Positions 1 through 10,778 are shown, counted from the stretch's first letter. The stretch: 64,000 nt of DNA from an uncultured Woeseiaceae bacterium (GCA_964569695.1 CAZMUA010000013.1:20876-84875); one strand, 5' to 3'. Program-made: numbers and translations. Notes: generated by a model not told the origin, from the letters alone.

Positions 1-134
1 AAGTTGGTTCACACACTGGTTAAACAACGATACGACTGTCACTGGAACAGGACACCAGCCGTAAACATCACCAATATTGAATTGAACGGCAAAGTAATTA
101 GCGAAGCGCTACCTTGTGGAAGACATTGCTGGTG

Positions 135-2264
135 TTACGGTAGGGCTAGCGCGACGAGAGAACCTGGTTCCTCTCGCCGCCAGCTCCCCGCCTGAAACAC
201 AATGTACTGTTTTCCCTTGTGCAGGTAGGTCATCATCCCGTACTGACCCGGAATCGGAATCTCGACACTCGCGAGGATCTGCCCCGTCCGCTTGTCGCGA
301 GCATGTAGCATCGGCATATCGTTGGCATTTACCTCGGTTTCACCCCTGAGACCCTCCGTCGTTTGCACCAAGAGATCTCCCATGACCATCTGTATAGAGT
401 TACCGGTTCCTCCGGTCTTGGGAATATCCACCCCAGCTAAAAGACGGTGTTCTCTGATTCGGTCGGGAGTCTGACCAACCGGAATGTCCCAGAGCTTCTC
501 GCCTGTGTTCATGTCGTAGGCCGTGAGTCCTTGATAAAGTGGCTTGTACACTGGCAGACCTTCGATCATAGGTAGGAATGCACGAGAGCCGCCTGGCGCC
601 CATGCTGCCACCGTAGTTCCCGTTGTGGCCGTATGCCGTTCTCGACCCCTCCAAGGTTCCGCAGAAAGTCCAGGTAAACCTCGCTCCTCGTCGACCCCGT
701 TCGTAGGCACCAAGAACGAGGGAGCACTACAGCCGCGGGTATGCGGTGCGTACATAATTCCCGTAGTGGGATCGGCAACAGGTGGATGATAGATATTCAA
801 CCCTCCCAAACAACCGATGACATTGCGGTATTCGTGGTTGTGGGGGTACGGAAGAGGTGGCACATAGAGCCCTCCAACTCGGAACTCGGTCAAAATCTCC
901 AACGCTTGCTGTTTTAACTCAGGCGTATAGTCGATCACGAACTCATCGGTGATCCCATTTAATACAATTGGATCTAAGGGTTCAGGCCAAGTCGGATAGG
1001 GCTGGGTGGGCGCCGTGTAGTTACCAGGAACCTCAGTCTGCATGACCGAGCGCTCCTCAATTGGCCAAATCGGCTCACCGGTCTCCCGGTTGAATGCAAA
1101 GATGAGACCTTGTTTCGTGTTCTGGATCAACGCAGGAATTTGCTCCCCATCCACCGTTAAGTCCATCAGGATGGGCACGGTCGGAATGTCGTAGTTCCAC
1201 TGGTCACTGTGGTGGATCTGGAAGTACCACCGTAGCTCACCTGTCTGAACGTCCAACGCAAGAACACAACCACCAAAAAGGTTATGACCCGGTCGATGGC
1301 CTGTGTAGGACTGAACGGTCGAGGCGTTCGTCACGATGTAGACGAGGCCTAGTTTTGGGTCGGCCGCGGCGGGCGCCCAAGACGACATGTCGCCCGACCA
1401 CCGCCAAGCATCGTTCTTCCAAGTGTCGTGACCGACCTCACCAGGTCGTGGAATGACACGAAACTTCCAGAGATACTGTCCCGTTTTAGCGTCGTAACCC
1501 ATGATGTCACCAGGGACGTTCTCGATCCGAGTCTGGTCATAGCTTGGCTCGTGTCCAGTAAGCACCACGACCACCCCGTTCACCACGATCGGTGGTGCCG
1601 AACTGGTGACCATACCCAATTGTCTCGGAATCCCGTGACCGGGGTCATAGGGCTCATCCCAATTTAGCCAAGGTTCCCAATCCTCCACGAGATTTGGTAT
1701 CAGATCGACGACACCGGTCTCTGAGAAATGCGGGAGCATTACGGACGTACCCCAATTCTCAAGCGGTCGACCTGTTTTAGCGTCAAGAGCCCAAAGGAAA
1801 TAAGCCGGGCTCGTGATGTAGATCACACCCCTTCCCTCCACTTCGGCGTAGGCAATTCCTTTTCCGAAATCCGTCCTCGGTGACCGCAAATACCGCATTG
1901 TCTCAGGTTCTCGGAAGGTCCACAGTGTCTCACCAGTGGCGGCTTCCACCGCTATCACTTGCCGCCGTTGACCAGCAACTGTGTACAACACACCGTTCAC
2001 GAAGACTGGTGTAGCTCGAAATGTGTACTCCACACCGGACCCGAAGTTATTCCCTCGCCAGATCCAAGCGACCTCTAAATCTGAGAAATTGGATGCGTTG
2101 ATTTGATTCAGCCACGGAGCAGACCGAGTGTGTCCTGCATCACCACCCAGATAACGCCATTCCCCATCTTCGACACCTGTTAGCTGCGCGACACCTACCG
2201 ACGGGATGGTCAAGAGGATCACTAGAGCTAAGGTGCCACAACCGAAACGGTATCGCTTGATCAT
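135..2264 (-). CDS. Exported PQQ-binding beta-propeller protein (quinoprotein glucose dehydrogenase-like, no membrane anchor)
   Basis: Signal peptide; W-x-Y-x-GGD N-terminal motif; repeated D/E-x-x-TG-x-x-x-W propeller motifs; FQIHHSDQWNYD; C-terminal MTYLHKGKQYIV. Confidence 0.85.
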   Translation of the reverse strand: MIKRYRFGCGTLALVILLTIPSVGVAQLTGVEDGEWRYLGGDAGHTRSAPWLNQINASNFSDLEVAWIWRGNNFGSGVEYTFRATPVFVNGVLYTVAGQRRQVIAVEAATGETLWTFREPETMRYLRSPRTDFGKGIAYAEVEGRGVIYITSPAYFLWALDAKTGRPLENWGTSVMLPHFSETGVVDLIPNLVEDWEPWLNWDEPYDPGHGIPRQLGMVTSSAPPIVVNGVVVVLTGHEPSYDQTRIENVPGDIMGYDAKTGQYLWKFRVIPRPGEVGHDTWKNDAWRWSGDMSSWAPAAADPKLGLVYIVTNASTVQSYTGHRPGHNLFGGCVLALDVQTGELRWYFQIHHSDQWNYDIPTVPILMDLTVDGEQIPALIQNTKQGLIFAFNRETGEPIWPIEERSVMQTEVPGNYTAPTQPYPTWPEPLDPIVLNGITDEFVIDYTPELKQQALEILTEFRVGGLYVPPLPYPHNHEYRNVIGCLGGLNIYHPPVADPTTGIMYAPHTRGCSAPSFLVPTNGVDEERGLPGLSAEPWRGRERHTATTGTTVAAWAPGGSRAFLPMIEGLPVYKPLYQGLTAYDMNTGEKLWDIPVGQTPDRIREHRLLAGVDIPKTGGTGNSIQMVMGDLLVQTTEGLRGETEVNANDMPMLHARDKRTGQILASVEIPIPGQYGMMTYLHKGKQYIVFQAGSWRREEPGSLVALALP

Positions 2265-2327
2265 GCTTCCTCCCTGGCTGACGAGCTAGAGTCTACTGCT
2301 GCCCAGTGACAGATTCAATGCAGAGCT

Positions 2328-3773
2328 TCACGGTTTCTTCAGAAATTTCTCTTCATGCATTGTCGGATCGTAGAGCTCATTGGATTCACTGGGTAACCAC
2401 GCTCCAGTGTCTCGCCACCATTGTTCTAATTCCATACGCAGTTCGTTGGTCCGAACTGGCATGACCCGTGAGAGATCATGAGCTTCGCCAAGATCATCAG
2501 CGAGATTGTAGAGTTCGTTACGTCCATCTTCAAAGAATGTAATCAGTTTGTAATTGCCCCGCCGAACAGCGCTGGCCGGTGTCGTTCGCCAAGGCCCCAT
2601 GACACTCGTGTCCGCCTGTAAATAAGCTGGAAAGTGCCAGAAGAGGTCGCGCTGCACCAACGACTCTGACCCTCTGAGCACTGGAACTAGACTTACACCA
2701 TCAAGTACTTGGCCTTCAGGCGACGGGGTACCAGTTATGTCCAACATAGTGGGAAACAAATCCAAGCCAATTACTGGCTCATCGGACACACTGTTTGCCG
2801 ACACAACAGTTGGCCAACGAACAACCAGTGGCACTCGAATGCCCCCTTCGTAAAGCATCCCTTTCGAACCACGTAAGGGCGCCATTGACGTCACCGGACC
2901 AAAGCCTCCATTATCAGAAAAGAAGATCACGATTGTGCGATCAGCTAATGCAAGGTCTGCTAGCACCTTTAGGATGCGTCCTACACTATCGTCGATACTG
3001 TGAATCATTGCCGCATAAGTGGGATTACTATGTGCGTCCGTCCCGCCTTTCTCAATGTAATGCTGGACAAGCGCCGACTCACCCTGAATTGGGGTGTGCA
3101 CACCATAATGTGACAAGTAAAGAAAGAACGGCGCCTCACGATGCTTTCTAATAAAATCAATCGCTTCATCCGTGAGTCGGTCTGTGAGGTACTCACCCAC
3201 CTCTCCATCGCTAAGGTCTGGTAGACCTCGACCATCTCGCACATAGGGATAGAAATAACTTGGTGGACTTCCGAACTGATCTCCAGCTAGTGTCCAATCG
3301 AAACCCTGGTTGTCAGGAAGAAATTCTGACCCGCCGAGGTGCCACTTGCCGACCTGACCTGATACATAGCCACTCGCGTTCAACGCCTCAGGTATCGTAA
3401 TAGTTTCAAGAGCTAGTTCAGTTTGGTTAACTACCGGCACGAGTTGACGAAGCTTTGTGTCACCTCGCTCGGAAGTACCCACCGTGTAGACTCCGTGTCG
3501 TGGTTGGTATTGTCCTGATAACAGACTCGCTCGCGCCGGTGCGCAATTGGGCGCGTTTGAATAAGCGTTTGTAAAACGCATACCTTCGCGTGCTAGTGCA
3601 TCAATGTGTGGGGTCTCGTAGTATTCGCTACCCATCACGCCGAGGTCACGCCACCCGAGGTCGTCTACATAGATGAGTACAACGTTAGGAAGTTGGGCCG
3701 CCTGGCACCCTAATGAAAAAATGCCTAGTATAAGTAGGAACCCTACCGTGATAAATTGCCGGCACCGCATCAT
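2328..3773 (-). CDS. Cys-type (formylglycine-dependent) sulfatase, exported, possibly a lipoprotein
   Basis: PNVVLIYVDDLG, CAPARASLLSG (CxPxR), GKWHLG, SDNGG, KGMLYEGGIRVP; start placed at ATG 3773 (the ORF track uses TTG 3782). Confidence 0.93.
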   Translation of the reverse strand: MMRCRQFITVGFLLILGIFSLGCQAAQLPNVVLIYVDDLGWRDLGVMGSEYYETPHIDALAREGMRFTNAYSNAPNCAPARASLLSGQYQPRHGVYTVGTSERGDTKLRQLVPVVNQTELALETITIPEALNASGYVSGQVGKWHLGGSEFLPDNQGFDWTLAGDQFGSPPSYFYPYVRDGRGLPDLSDGEVGEYLTDRLTDEAIDFIRKHREAPFFLYLSHYGVHTPIQGESALVQHYIEKGGTDAHSNPTYAAMIHSIDDSVGRILKVLADLALADRTIVIFFSDNGGFGPVTSMAPLRGSKGMLYEGGIRVPLVVRWPTVVSANSVSDEPVIGLDLFPTMLDITGTPSPEGQVLDGVSLVPVLRGSESLVQRDLFWHFPAYLQADTSVMGPWRTTPASAVRRGNYKLITFFEDGRNELYNLADDLGEAHDLSRVMPVRTNELRMELEQWWRDTGAWLPSESNELYDPTMHEEKFLKKP

Positions 3774-3813
3774 AACGCCCAAGGTTTTAGAACTTACGAA
3801 TTTCTAGCTCACT

Positions 3814-5163
3814 TCAAGCTTCCACAATGCCAAGCGGTGCATAGCGCTTCCACTGGCCTCTCGTGAAATCCGGAAACTGTATCGGCTTACTGCCCTCACT
3901 GACCGAACGCTCAGACAATTCCGAGACGGCACTGAGAGCCGCGGCATCGTATACATTCATGTCAGTAGGTAATCCTTCGCGTAGACACTTGATTAATCGA
4001 TAATCTTCCAAAAAATCCATGCCACCATGTCCAGCTCCCCGCGAACGACCACCAATGGCAGCCCAGAGTGGATGATCAAATTCTTCAAGATACCGATCAG
4101 CAGAATCCCATTGGTGCTGGGCACTGCGTCCTTCGAGGTAAACACGATTCGGATACCCCTGAAAAATCCCTTTCGTGCCCTGGACGAGATTAATCCGGCT
4201 ATACGGCCGAGGCAGATTAGTGTCATGGCTAAGAAAGATTGTCCGTCCATTGACAGTGTGAATAAGACTGGTATTCACATCACCGAGTGCATATTTCTCC
4301 TTGCGTTCGACTGCCTCGGCCGGAAAATGGTCGGCGGCGTAGAGTTGCAATCCCCGTGAGTTGCTACTCATTGACACAAGATAATCAAATTGATCTCCGC
4401 GATTAATATTCATGCAATTAGCAACTGGGCCAAGGCCGTGCGTAGGATAGAGGTTGCCATTTCGCGTGATCGAATGCGCACGTCGCCAAAGACCTTCATT
4501 GGCACGCTCGAACTTTACTGCTCGTAAGTCATGCAGGTAACCACACTCACCATGTAACAACTCACCAAAGAGCCCTTGGCGCGCCATGTTAAACACCATC
4601 ATTTCCATGCGACCGTAATTGACGTTTTCCATCATCACGCAGTGTTTTTTTGTACGCTCAGCAGTTTCGACCAATTGCCAGCATTCATCAATAGTCACAG
4701 CAGCCGGCACCTCGGTGGCGGCGTGTTTATCACTGGTCATGGCAGCTACGCAAACGGGTACATGCCAACGCCAAGGCGTCGCCGTAAACACAAGGTCAAG
4801 TTCTTCTTCTTGACACATCCGCTCGAAATCAAACTCTCCTCGAGAGTACCCCCGCGGTCTTGGCTGGCCTGCCGCTTCAACCCAGTCCTGCACTCTGGTT
4901 ACCTTGTCTTCAACGATGTCGCATATTGCTGCGAGTCGAACACCTTCAATCCGAAGAAGATTCCGACAATGTGAAGAGCCCTGAAGGCCTACCCCAACAA
5001 AACCAATCCTCACAACATCGATCGGAGGCGCAGTCAATAACTCATTCGGCACCGACTCAAGGTGTGGTTGCTGAGATGCGGTCACGCGGGGCTCAACGAG
5101 TGAAGTGCTAAGACTCAGCGCTCCAAGTCCCATAAACGTGCGGCGATCGAACCGTGTCACCAT
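3814..5163 (-). CDS. Tat-exported Gfo/Idh/MocA NAD-dependent glycoside hydrolase (GH109, alpha-N-acetylgalactosaminidase-like)
   Basis: DRRTFMG twin-arginine motif; GFVGVGLQG Rossmann; TATPWRWH, EVPAA, MMENVNY, YPTHGLGP, GHGGMDF. Confidence 0.88.
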   Translation of the reverse strand: MVTRFDRRTFMGLGALSLSTSLVEPRVTASQQPHLESVPNELLTAPPIDVVRIGFVGVGLQGSSHCRNLLRIEGVRLAAICDIVEDKVTRVQDWVEAAGQPRPRGYSRGEFDFERMCQEEELDLVFTATPWRWHVPVCVAAMTSDKHAATEVPAAVTIDECWQLVETAERTKKHCVMMENVNYGRMEMMVFNMARQGLFGELLHGECGYLHDLRAVKFERANEGLWRRAHSITRNGNLYPTHGLGPVANCMNINRGDQFDYLVSMSSNSRGLQLYAADHFPAEAVERKEKYALGDVNTSLIHTVNGRTIFLSHDTNLPRPYSRINLVQGTKGIFQGYPNRVYLEGRSAQHQWDSADRYLEEFDHPLWAAIGGRSRGAGHGGMDFLEDYRLIKCLREGLPTDMNVYDAAALSAVSELSERSVSEGSKPIQFPDFTRGQWKRYAPLGIVEA

Positions 5164-5333
5164 ATTGGCTCCTTTGTCACATTAGCCGGAAGCATCCGGC
5201 CCGACCTCTTAGTCACGCCAAAACAATAATAGCCAAATCGACCAATCGAACAATCCCAATCTCTGGAGTGAAAATTCGTACAACTGGATTGTGTTGAAAC
5301 ATGTAGAATAAATTCCCCGTTAGCCCTAATTGG

Positions 5334-6359
5334 ATGGAAGCACATTTGAGACACACCGTACAACAATCTTGGCATACGGTCATATATTGTTTCTTTGTCA
5401 TCCTGCTAGTAACTGCCTGCAAGCCGCAAGATACAGGCAGGCAGACAGGGGCAACCCAGTGGATCTCAATTGCCACTGGCGGCACCGGAGGTGTCTACTA
5501 CCCATACGGCGGTGGCATCGCGAAAGTGATCAGTGACCACCTGAACGGAGTGGAAGCAACCGCCGAGGTTACTGCTGGTACAGTCGATAACCTCAAATTT
5601 ATTGCTAACCGATCAGCAGACATTGCCTTCGCTCTCGCTGATTCCGTTGACGACGCAGCCAGTAATCGCGGAGCTTTTCGGGACTTTGGTGCGGTACCCA
5701 TGCGAGCATTGGCAGTTTTGTACGATAACTACAATCACCTGGTCTCGTTAGCCAGTAATGGAATCGAAACTGTCCCAGAGCTGCGGGGACGAGTCATCTC
5801 AACGGGTGCTCCGGGTAGCGGAACTGAAGTAAGTGCATTCCGCATCCTTCAAGCGTCAGGCCTCGATCCAGAGATGGATATTCGTAAACAAAGTCTCGGA
5901 GTAGCTCAATCAGTCGATGCACTCAGAGATAACAAGATCGATGCCTTCTTCTTTAGTGGGGGAATTCCGACTGGAGCTGTACTGGATCTCGCCTCGACAG
6001 TAGGTCGGACAATCAAGGTCATTCCAAATGGAGAAACGCTAGCGACACTTCAGAAGCAATACGGCTCCCTTGTGTACCACAGTCTGTCCATTCCCGTTTC
6101 AACGTATCCAGACATGAACAAGCTCGTGAACGTAATAGCCGTGTCGAACATCCTAGTCGTCCATCCAGCGATGAATGAAACACTGGCCTACGCTATTACG
6201 CGACTCCTTTTCGAACATCGCAATGAACTCGCCAACATTCACCCCATGGCTGAGCTTTTGACGCTTGAAACTGCCACCGGTGGGTCACCCATTCCATTCC
6301 ACCCTGGCGCCATCCGCTACTATCGCGAGCACGATGCATGGGTCGATTCCCAGCAGTAA
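5334..6359 (+). CDS. TAXI-family TRAP solute-binding lipoprotein
   Basis: Lipobox-like LVTAC; IATGGTGGVYYPYGGG, TGAPGSGTE, IPFHPGAIRYY. Confidence 0.92.
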   Translation: MEAHLRHTVQQSWHTVIYCFFVILLVTACKPQDTGRQTGATQWISIATGGTGGVYYPYGGGIAKVISDHLNGVEATAEVTAGTVDNLKFIANRSADIAFALADSVDDAASNRGAFRDFGAVPMRALAVLYDNYNHLVSLASNGIETVPELRGRVISTGAPGSGTEVSAFRILQASGLDPEMDIRKQSLGVAQSVDALRDNKIDAFFFSGGIPTGAVLDLASTVGRTIKVIPNGETLATLQKQYGSLVYHSLSIPVSTYPDMNKLVNVIAVSNILVVHPAMNETLAYAITRLLFEHRNELANIHPMAELLTLETATGGSPIPFHPGAIRYYREHDAWVDSQQ

Positions 6360-6427
6360 AAACACACCGATCCTTTCTTCATTTCTGCAAAACAACAGAA
6401 AAGCACCCGACACCGTAGAATAAGCTC

Positions 6428-8392
6428 TTGATGTCTGGCGACAAGCTTTCGAATCCGGAACAGGAATTGACGGTCGAAATAACAGAGGCTTCTTTCGATT
6501 TGCAGAAGAATCCAAAAGGTGATGTTTCGACTCGAACGTTAACCGGCCCAATTGCCCTGATCGTCACTGCATTGGCAATGGGTTTGTCACTCTACGCTCT
6601 ATACTGGGTCGTCGGCATCATCCAGCCACAGATTTATCGCGTTAGCTTTCTCCTGATCACGCTGGTACTGATTTTTCTTATTTTTCCTGCACACGCTAGG
6701 TGGCAAGCGCGAATCACATGGTCAGACTGGCTGCTAGCCTTTGCAACATTCGTCGCCCTCGTATGGCCGATTATCGATTTTGACCGTTTTGTTTATCGAG
6801 CTGCTACCCCAACGAACGCCGACTTAACACTCGGCATCATCACAACCTTGTTGGTTCTGGAAGCGACGCGTAGAACCGTCGGTCCGATTTTACCGGTCAC
6901 GGCTGTATTTTTCCTTCTGTATGCCTACCTCGGACCATTCTTGGAACTAATTGGTCTTGAGTTATTTGCACATCGAGGCTATGACGTTGCCCGGCTTATC
7001 GGCACCCTGTACATGACATTGGAAGGAATCTTCGGTGTGCCTCTGAATGTAGCTGCAACCTTCATTGTGCTATTCACAGTCTTCGGTGCCGTCCTTGCGC
7101 ACTCGGGCGCAGGTCAGTTCTTCATCACCTGGACAATGGCGGCGTTCGGCCGATCAAATAGTGGAGCTGGTACGGGTCGAACCGTCACACTGTCGGGATT
7201 TTTATTAGGCACTGTTTCCGGGAGTGGCGTTGCAACCACCGTAACACTTGGGTCGATTGCGTGGCCGTTACTGAAAAGAGCCGGGTTCTCAGCAGAAGTA
7301 AGCGGCGGCATTCTTTCAGCGAGTGGCATCGGAGCCATTATGGCGCCGCCGACCATGGGTGCAGCAGCCTTCCTAATCGCTGAGTTCCTACAGATCACCT
7401 ATTTGCAGGTCATCGTGATGGCGATAGTGCCAGCTTGTTTATATTACCTGTCCATTGTCTTGATGATCGAAGCGGACGCCCGACGACTAAAAACCAAAGC
7501 AGTCGACATGGCGGTGCCATCTGTTGGCAAGCTTACACGACAGTCGGGATATCAATTCCTCCCTCTTTTGGCGATAGTCATTTTTCTACTGAGTGGCATT
7601 ACGCCATTTCGAGCGGTGTTTCTGTCAACGATGCTAGCAATCGGCCTTAGCTTCATTCATCGCGAGCATGCCTTGACACCAAAACGGCTTATCGCCGCAC
7701 TAGAGGCAGGAGGTCGAGGAGTCTTACCAATCGCAGCCACAACTGCAACAGCAGGCATTATCGTTGGAGTTGTCACGTTAACTGGTCTTGGACTCAAGAT
7801 CGCAGGCATTATTGTCGCAATCGCTGATGGGAGTGTCTTCTTAACCGTCATTTATTCTGCCGTTGCGGTCTGGATGCTTGGATTGGCTGTGCCAGTTACT
7901 GCTTCCTACATTATTGCTGCTGTTATGATTGCCCCTGCACTTACCCTCGTCGGGGTGCCAGTCTTCGCCGCACACATGTTTATTTTTTATTACGCGGTAC
8001 TCTCCGAAGTGAGTCCTCCCACTGCACTATCACCATTTGCAGCCGCAGCAATCACAGGTGGTAATCCCTTCAAGACAATGATGTTGACCTGGAAGTACAC
8101 CCTTCCAGCATTTCTAGTACCGTTTGCCTTCACGTTGAGCCCTGAGGGAACTGGGGTGTTACTCCAAGCGCCATTTACACACATCATCCGTACGGTCGGC
8201 ACTGCAGTTATTGGCGTCAGTGCACTGGCGATGGGACTTGGTGGTTGGCTGGTACGACCAACTACCATGGTTGAACGGGTTATGGCAGTAGCTGGAGGTC
8301 TGCTACTCTTTTACGCAACGACTGTGACCGATATCATCGGATTATCCTTGTTTGGAGCAGCTATCACGCTGCATCTTTTTCGAAAAAACTGA
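6428..8392 (+). CDS. TRAP transporter fused 4TM/12TM permease (TAXI-associated)
   Basis: Highly hydrophobic; EATRR, EGIFGVPL, GTVSGSGVA, PPTMGAAAF, SEVSPPTAL; follows the TAXI receptor. Confidence 0.92.
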   Translation: MMSGDKLSNPEQELTVEITEASFDLQKNPKGDVSTRTLTGPIALIVTALAMGLSLYALYWVVGIIQPQIYRVSFLLITLVLIFLIFPAHARWQARITWSDWLLAFATFVALVWPIIDFDRFVYRAATPTNADLTLGIITTLLVLEATRRTVGPILPVTAVFFLLYAYLGPFLELIGLELFAHRGYDVARLIGTLYMTLEGIFGVPLNVAATFIVLFTVFGAVLAHSGAGQFFITWTMAAFGRSNSGAGTGRTVTLSGFLLGTVSGSGVATTVTLGSIAWPLLKRAGFSAEVSGGILSASGIGAIMAPPTMGAAAFLIAEFLQITYLQVIVMAIVPACLYYLSIVLMIEADARRLKTKAVDMAVPSVGKLTRQSGYQFLPLLAIVIFLLSGITPFRAVFLSTMLAIGLSFIHREHALTPKRLIAALEAGGRGVLPIAATTATAGIIVGVVTLTGLGLKIAGIIVAIADGSVFLTVIYSAVAVWMLGLAVPVTASYIIAAVMIAPALTLVGVPVFAAHMFIFYYAVLSEVSPPTALSPFAAAAITGGNPFKTMMLTWKYTLPAFLVPFAFTLSPEGTGVLLQAPFTHIIRTVGTAVIGVSALAMGLGGWLVRPTTMVERVMAVAGGLLLFYATTVTDIIGLSLFGAAITLHLFRKN

Positions 8393-8401
8393 GACGTTAT
8401 C

Positions 8402-9709
8402 ATGCCCTTATACCTGAAGATTGCATTTGCTGCTGCCTTTGTTCTCGTTGCTGAGCCGCTCGTCGCGCAAAGGCTGATGCCAGCACAACCAGAGACAGTA
8501 GGCATGTCATCCGAGCGACTCGAACGACTGACAGAGTCATTACAGGATTATGTCGATGACAACCGGCTTGCTGGCGCTGTGGCCCTAGTTGTACGGCGCG
8601 GAAAGATCGCTTATCTGGAGGCTGTCGGTTTTCGAGACAAGGAAATGGATGCGCCAATGTTCACTGATACAATTTTTCGAATCGCATCGCAAACAAAAGC
8701 TCTAGTCAGTGTCGGCGTAATGATGCATCAGGAAGAAGGTGAACTCCTCATCACCGATTCAGTTGGAAAATATCTTCCAGAATTCATGCACACCACCGTG
8801 GCGGAACCCAACGACCGTGAAAGTTACAGCGTGGTAGCTGCAAATAGACCGATCACCATCCAAGATCTCCTGACTCATACGGCTGGTATCAGTTACGGTA
8901 GTGGGCCAGCCTCTAGGGAATGGGAAGAAGCCGCAATCACGGGTTGGTACTTCGCAAACCGTAGCGAATCAGTTAGGGAAGTGATGAACAGGCTTGCCAA
9001 ACTACCTTTCGATGCTCATCCTGGCGAGCAGTGGGTCTACGGCTATAACACTGACATCCTCGGTGTTTTGATCGAGCAAATTAGCGGTCAGACCCTGGCT
9101 GATTTTCTCAACGAACGTCTATTTCAGCCACTGCAACTTCGTGATAGTCACTTTTTCCTTCCACCAGAAAAGGTCGAGCGTCTGGCGACGGTCTATTCCT
9201 CAACCGATGATGGGAGCGTTGATCGCGCACCAGACCCTGGGCATAAAGCAGCCATTCCTAATTATGGGTACGAGTGTGTTGAGTGTGCGAATCAAGGTTC
9301 GTACATAAATGGACCGCGGAAGAGCTTCTCAGGTGGTGCAGGGCTTCTTTCAACGGCTACTGATTACGCCACATTTCTGCAGATGCTACTGAATGGTGGC
9401 GATCTTCAAGGCAAACGAATCTTGACACGCAAGACTGTCGAATTAATGACTGTCGATCACACTGGAGATATTCCGTACCAGCCAGGTCAAGGTTTCGGAC
9501 TTGGGTTCTCGATCCTGGAAGACCCTGCTGCAACCGGACTTCCCTCTTCGGTTGGTGAATATGGTTGGGGGGGTGCCTATCATTCGACTTATTGGGTTGA
9601 CCCAGTAGAAGAACTGGTTGTCGTGTACATGACGCAATTGATTCCAGCGATAGACATTGACGACCACGGCAAGTTACGCACACTTATCTATCAGTCAATT
9701 ATCGACTAA
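8402..9709 (+). CDS. Exported serine hydrolase, beta-lactamase class C / D-peptidase family
   Basis: Signal peptide; FRIASQTK (SxxK); LLTHTAG; PGEQWVYG; GGAGLLST; WGGAYHS. Confidence 0.9.
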   Translation: MPLYLKIAFAAAFVLVAEPLVAQRLMPAQPETVGMSSERLERLTESLQDYVDDNRLAGAVALVVRRGKIAYLEAVGFRDKEMDAPMFTDTIFRIASQTKALVSVGVMMHQEEGELLITDSVGKYLPEFMHTTVAEPNDRESYSVVAANRPITIQDLLTHTAGISYGSGPASREWEEAAITGWYFANRSESVREVMNRLAKLPFDAHPGEQWVYGYNTDILGVLIEQISGQTLADFLNERLFQPLQLRDSHFFLPPEKVERLATVYSSTDDGSVDRAPDPGHKAAIPNYGYECVECANQGSYINGPRKSFSGGAGLLSTATDYATFLQMLLNGGDLQGKRILTRKTVELMTVDHTGDIPYQPGQGFGLGFSILEDPAATGLPSSVGEYGWGGAYHSTYWVDPVEELVVVYMTQLIPAIDIDDHGKLRTLIYQSIID

Positions 9710-9716
9710 CACAATT

Positions 9717-10739
9717 ATGAAAAAGTTGCGCATCCTCGCATTGATGCATGATTACCTAGTCCCACCAACGGACACGTCAGGATTCGACTTGGCGACCGTG
9801 GAGTGGAAAACTGAATTTGATGTGATGTCAACACTGATTGACATGGGACACGACGTCTACCAACTCGGAATTAATGATGAACTCGGGAAGATTCAAGAGG
9901 CAATCAACAAACAGCGCCCTCATATCGCATTCAACTTACTTGAAGCTTTCAATGAAACTAGTTCCTTTGATCAGAATCTCGTGGCATACCTTGAACTTCT
10001 GCGGGTGCCATACACTGGCTGCAATCCAAGAGGCTTACTACTCTCTCGAGACAAAGCATTATCCAAAAAACTACTCGCGTACCATAAGATTCCTATTCCA
10101 GACTTTACTGTGTATCGGATCGGTCAAACGGTCCGCCGGCCAATAAATATCCAATTCCCGCTCATTGTAAAATCACTGACGCAAGACGCTTCCATTGGGA
10201 TATCTCAGGCTTCCGTTGTACACGACCACGACAAACTGCGAGAGCGGGTCAAATTTATCCACAACCACATTGGAACAGACGCGATCATTGAACGCTACAT
10301 TGAAGGACGGGAATTATACGTTGGTATTCTTGGGAACGAGCGCTTAACCACTTTTCCAATTTGGGAGTTAAAGTTGTCAAAAATGCCTAACTCCGTGCAT
10401 CGAATCGCCACCGACCGCGTCAAGTGGAATTCCAAATATCAGCGAAAGCATGGAATCGATGCGGGCGCCGCCAACAACATCTCGCCGGCCCTTACCACGA
10501 CAATCCAGCAAGTTTGCCGGCAAGTATACCGGACGCTTGACTTGAGCGGCTATGCCAGGATCGATCTGCGACTCGATAATGAAAACCGCTTTTATGTGCT
10601 TGAGGCGAACCCAAACCCTCAAATCTCGTGGGGAGAGGATTTTGCTGAATCGGCAGAATTTGATGGTTTGCCGTACGAAGCCTTACTCCAGCGAATACTC
10701 AACAATGGGCTCACTTGGAAACCTGACCATCGAGGGTAA
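9717..10739 (+). CDS. D-Ala-D-Ala ligase-like ATP-grasp protein
   Basis: PYTGC, DKALSK, PLIVK, SIGIS, IERYIEGRE, GYARIDLR, LEANPNP; start at ATG 9717 (MKKLRIL) just after the upstream stop. Confidence 0.82.
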   Translation: MKKLRILALMHDYLVPPTDTSGFDLATVEWKTEFDVMSTLIDMGHDVYQLGINDELGKIQEAINKQRPHIAFNLLEAFNETSSFDQNLVAYLELLRVPYTGCNPRGLLLSRDKALSKKLLAYHKIPIPDFTVYRIGQTVRRPINIQFPLIVKSLTQDASIGISQASVVHDHDKLRERVKFIHNHIGTDAIIERYIEGRELYVGILGNERLTTFPIWELKLSKMPNSVHRIATDRVKWNSKYQRKHGIDAGAANNISPALTTTIQQVCRQVYRTLDLSGYARIDLRLDNENRFYVLEANPNPQISWGEDFAESAEFDGLPYEALLQRILNNGLTWKPDHRG

Positions 10740-10778
10740 GAGCTCAAAGCACTCGACGAATCTAGGTGCATCGTCTGG

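Noticed and set aside
8402-10739. Antibiotic-resistance cassette (beta-lactamase plus Van-like ligase)
   Set aside because: The hydrolase has WGG rather than KTG and resembles generic esterase/D-peptidase members; there are no vanH/vanX/vanRS genes.
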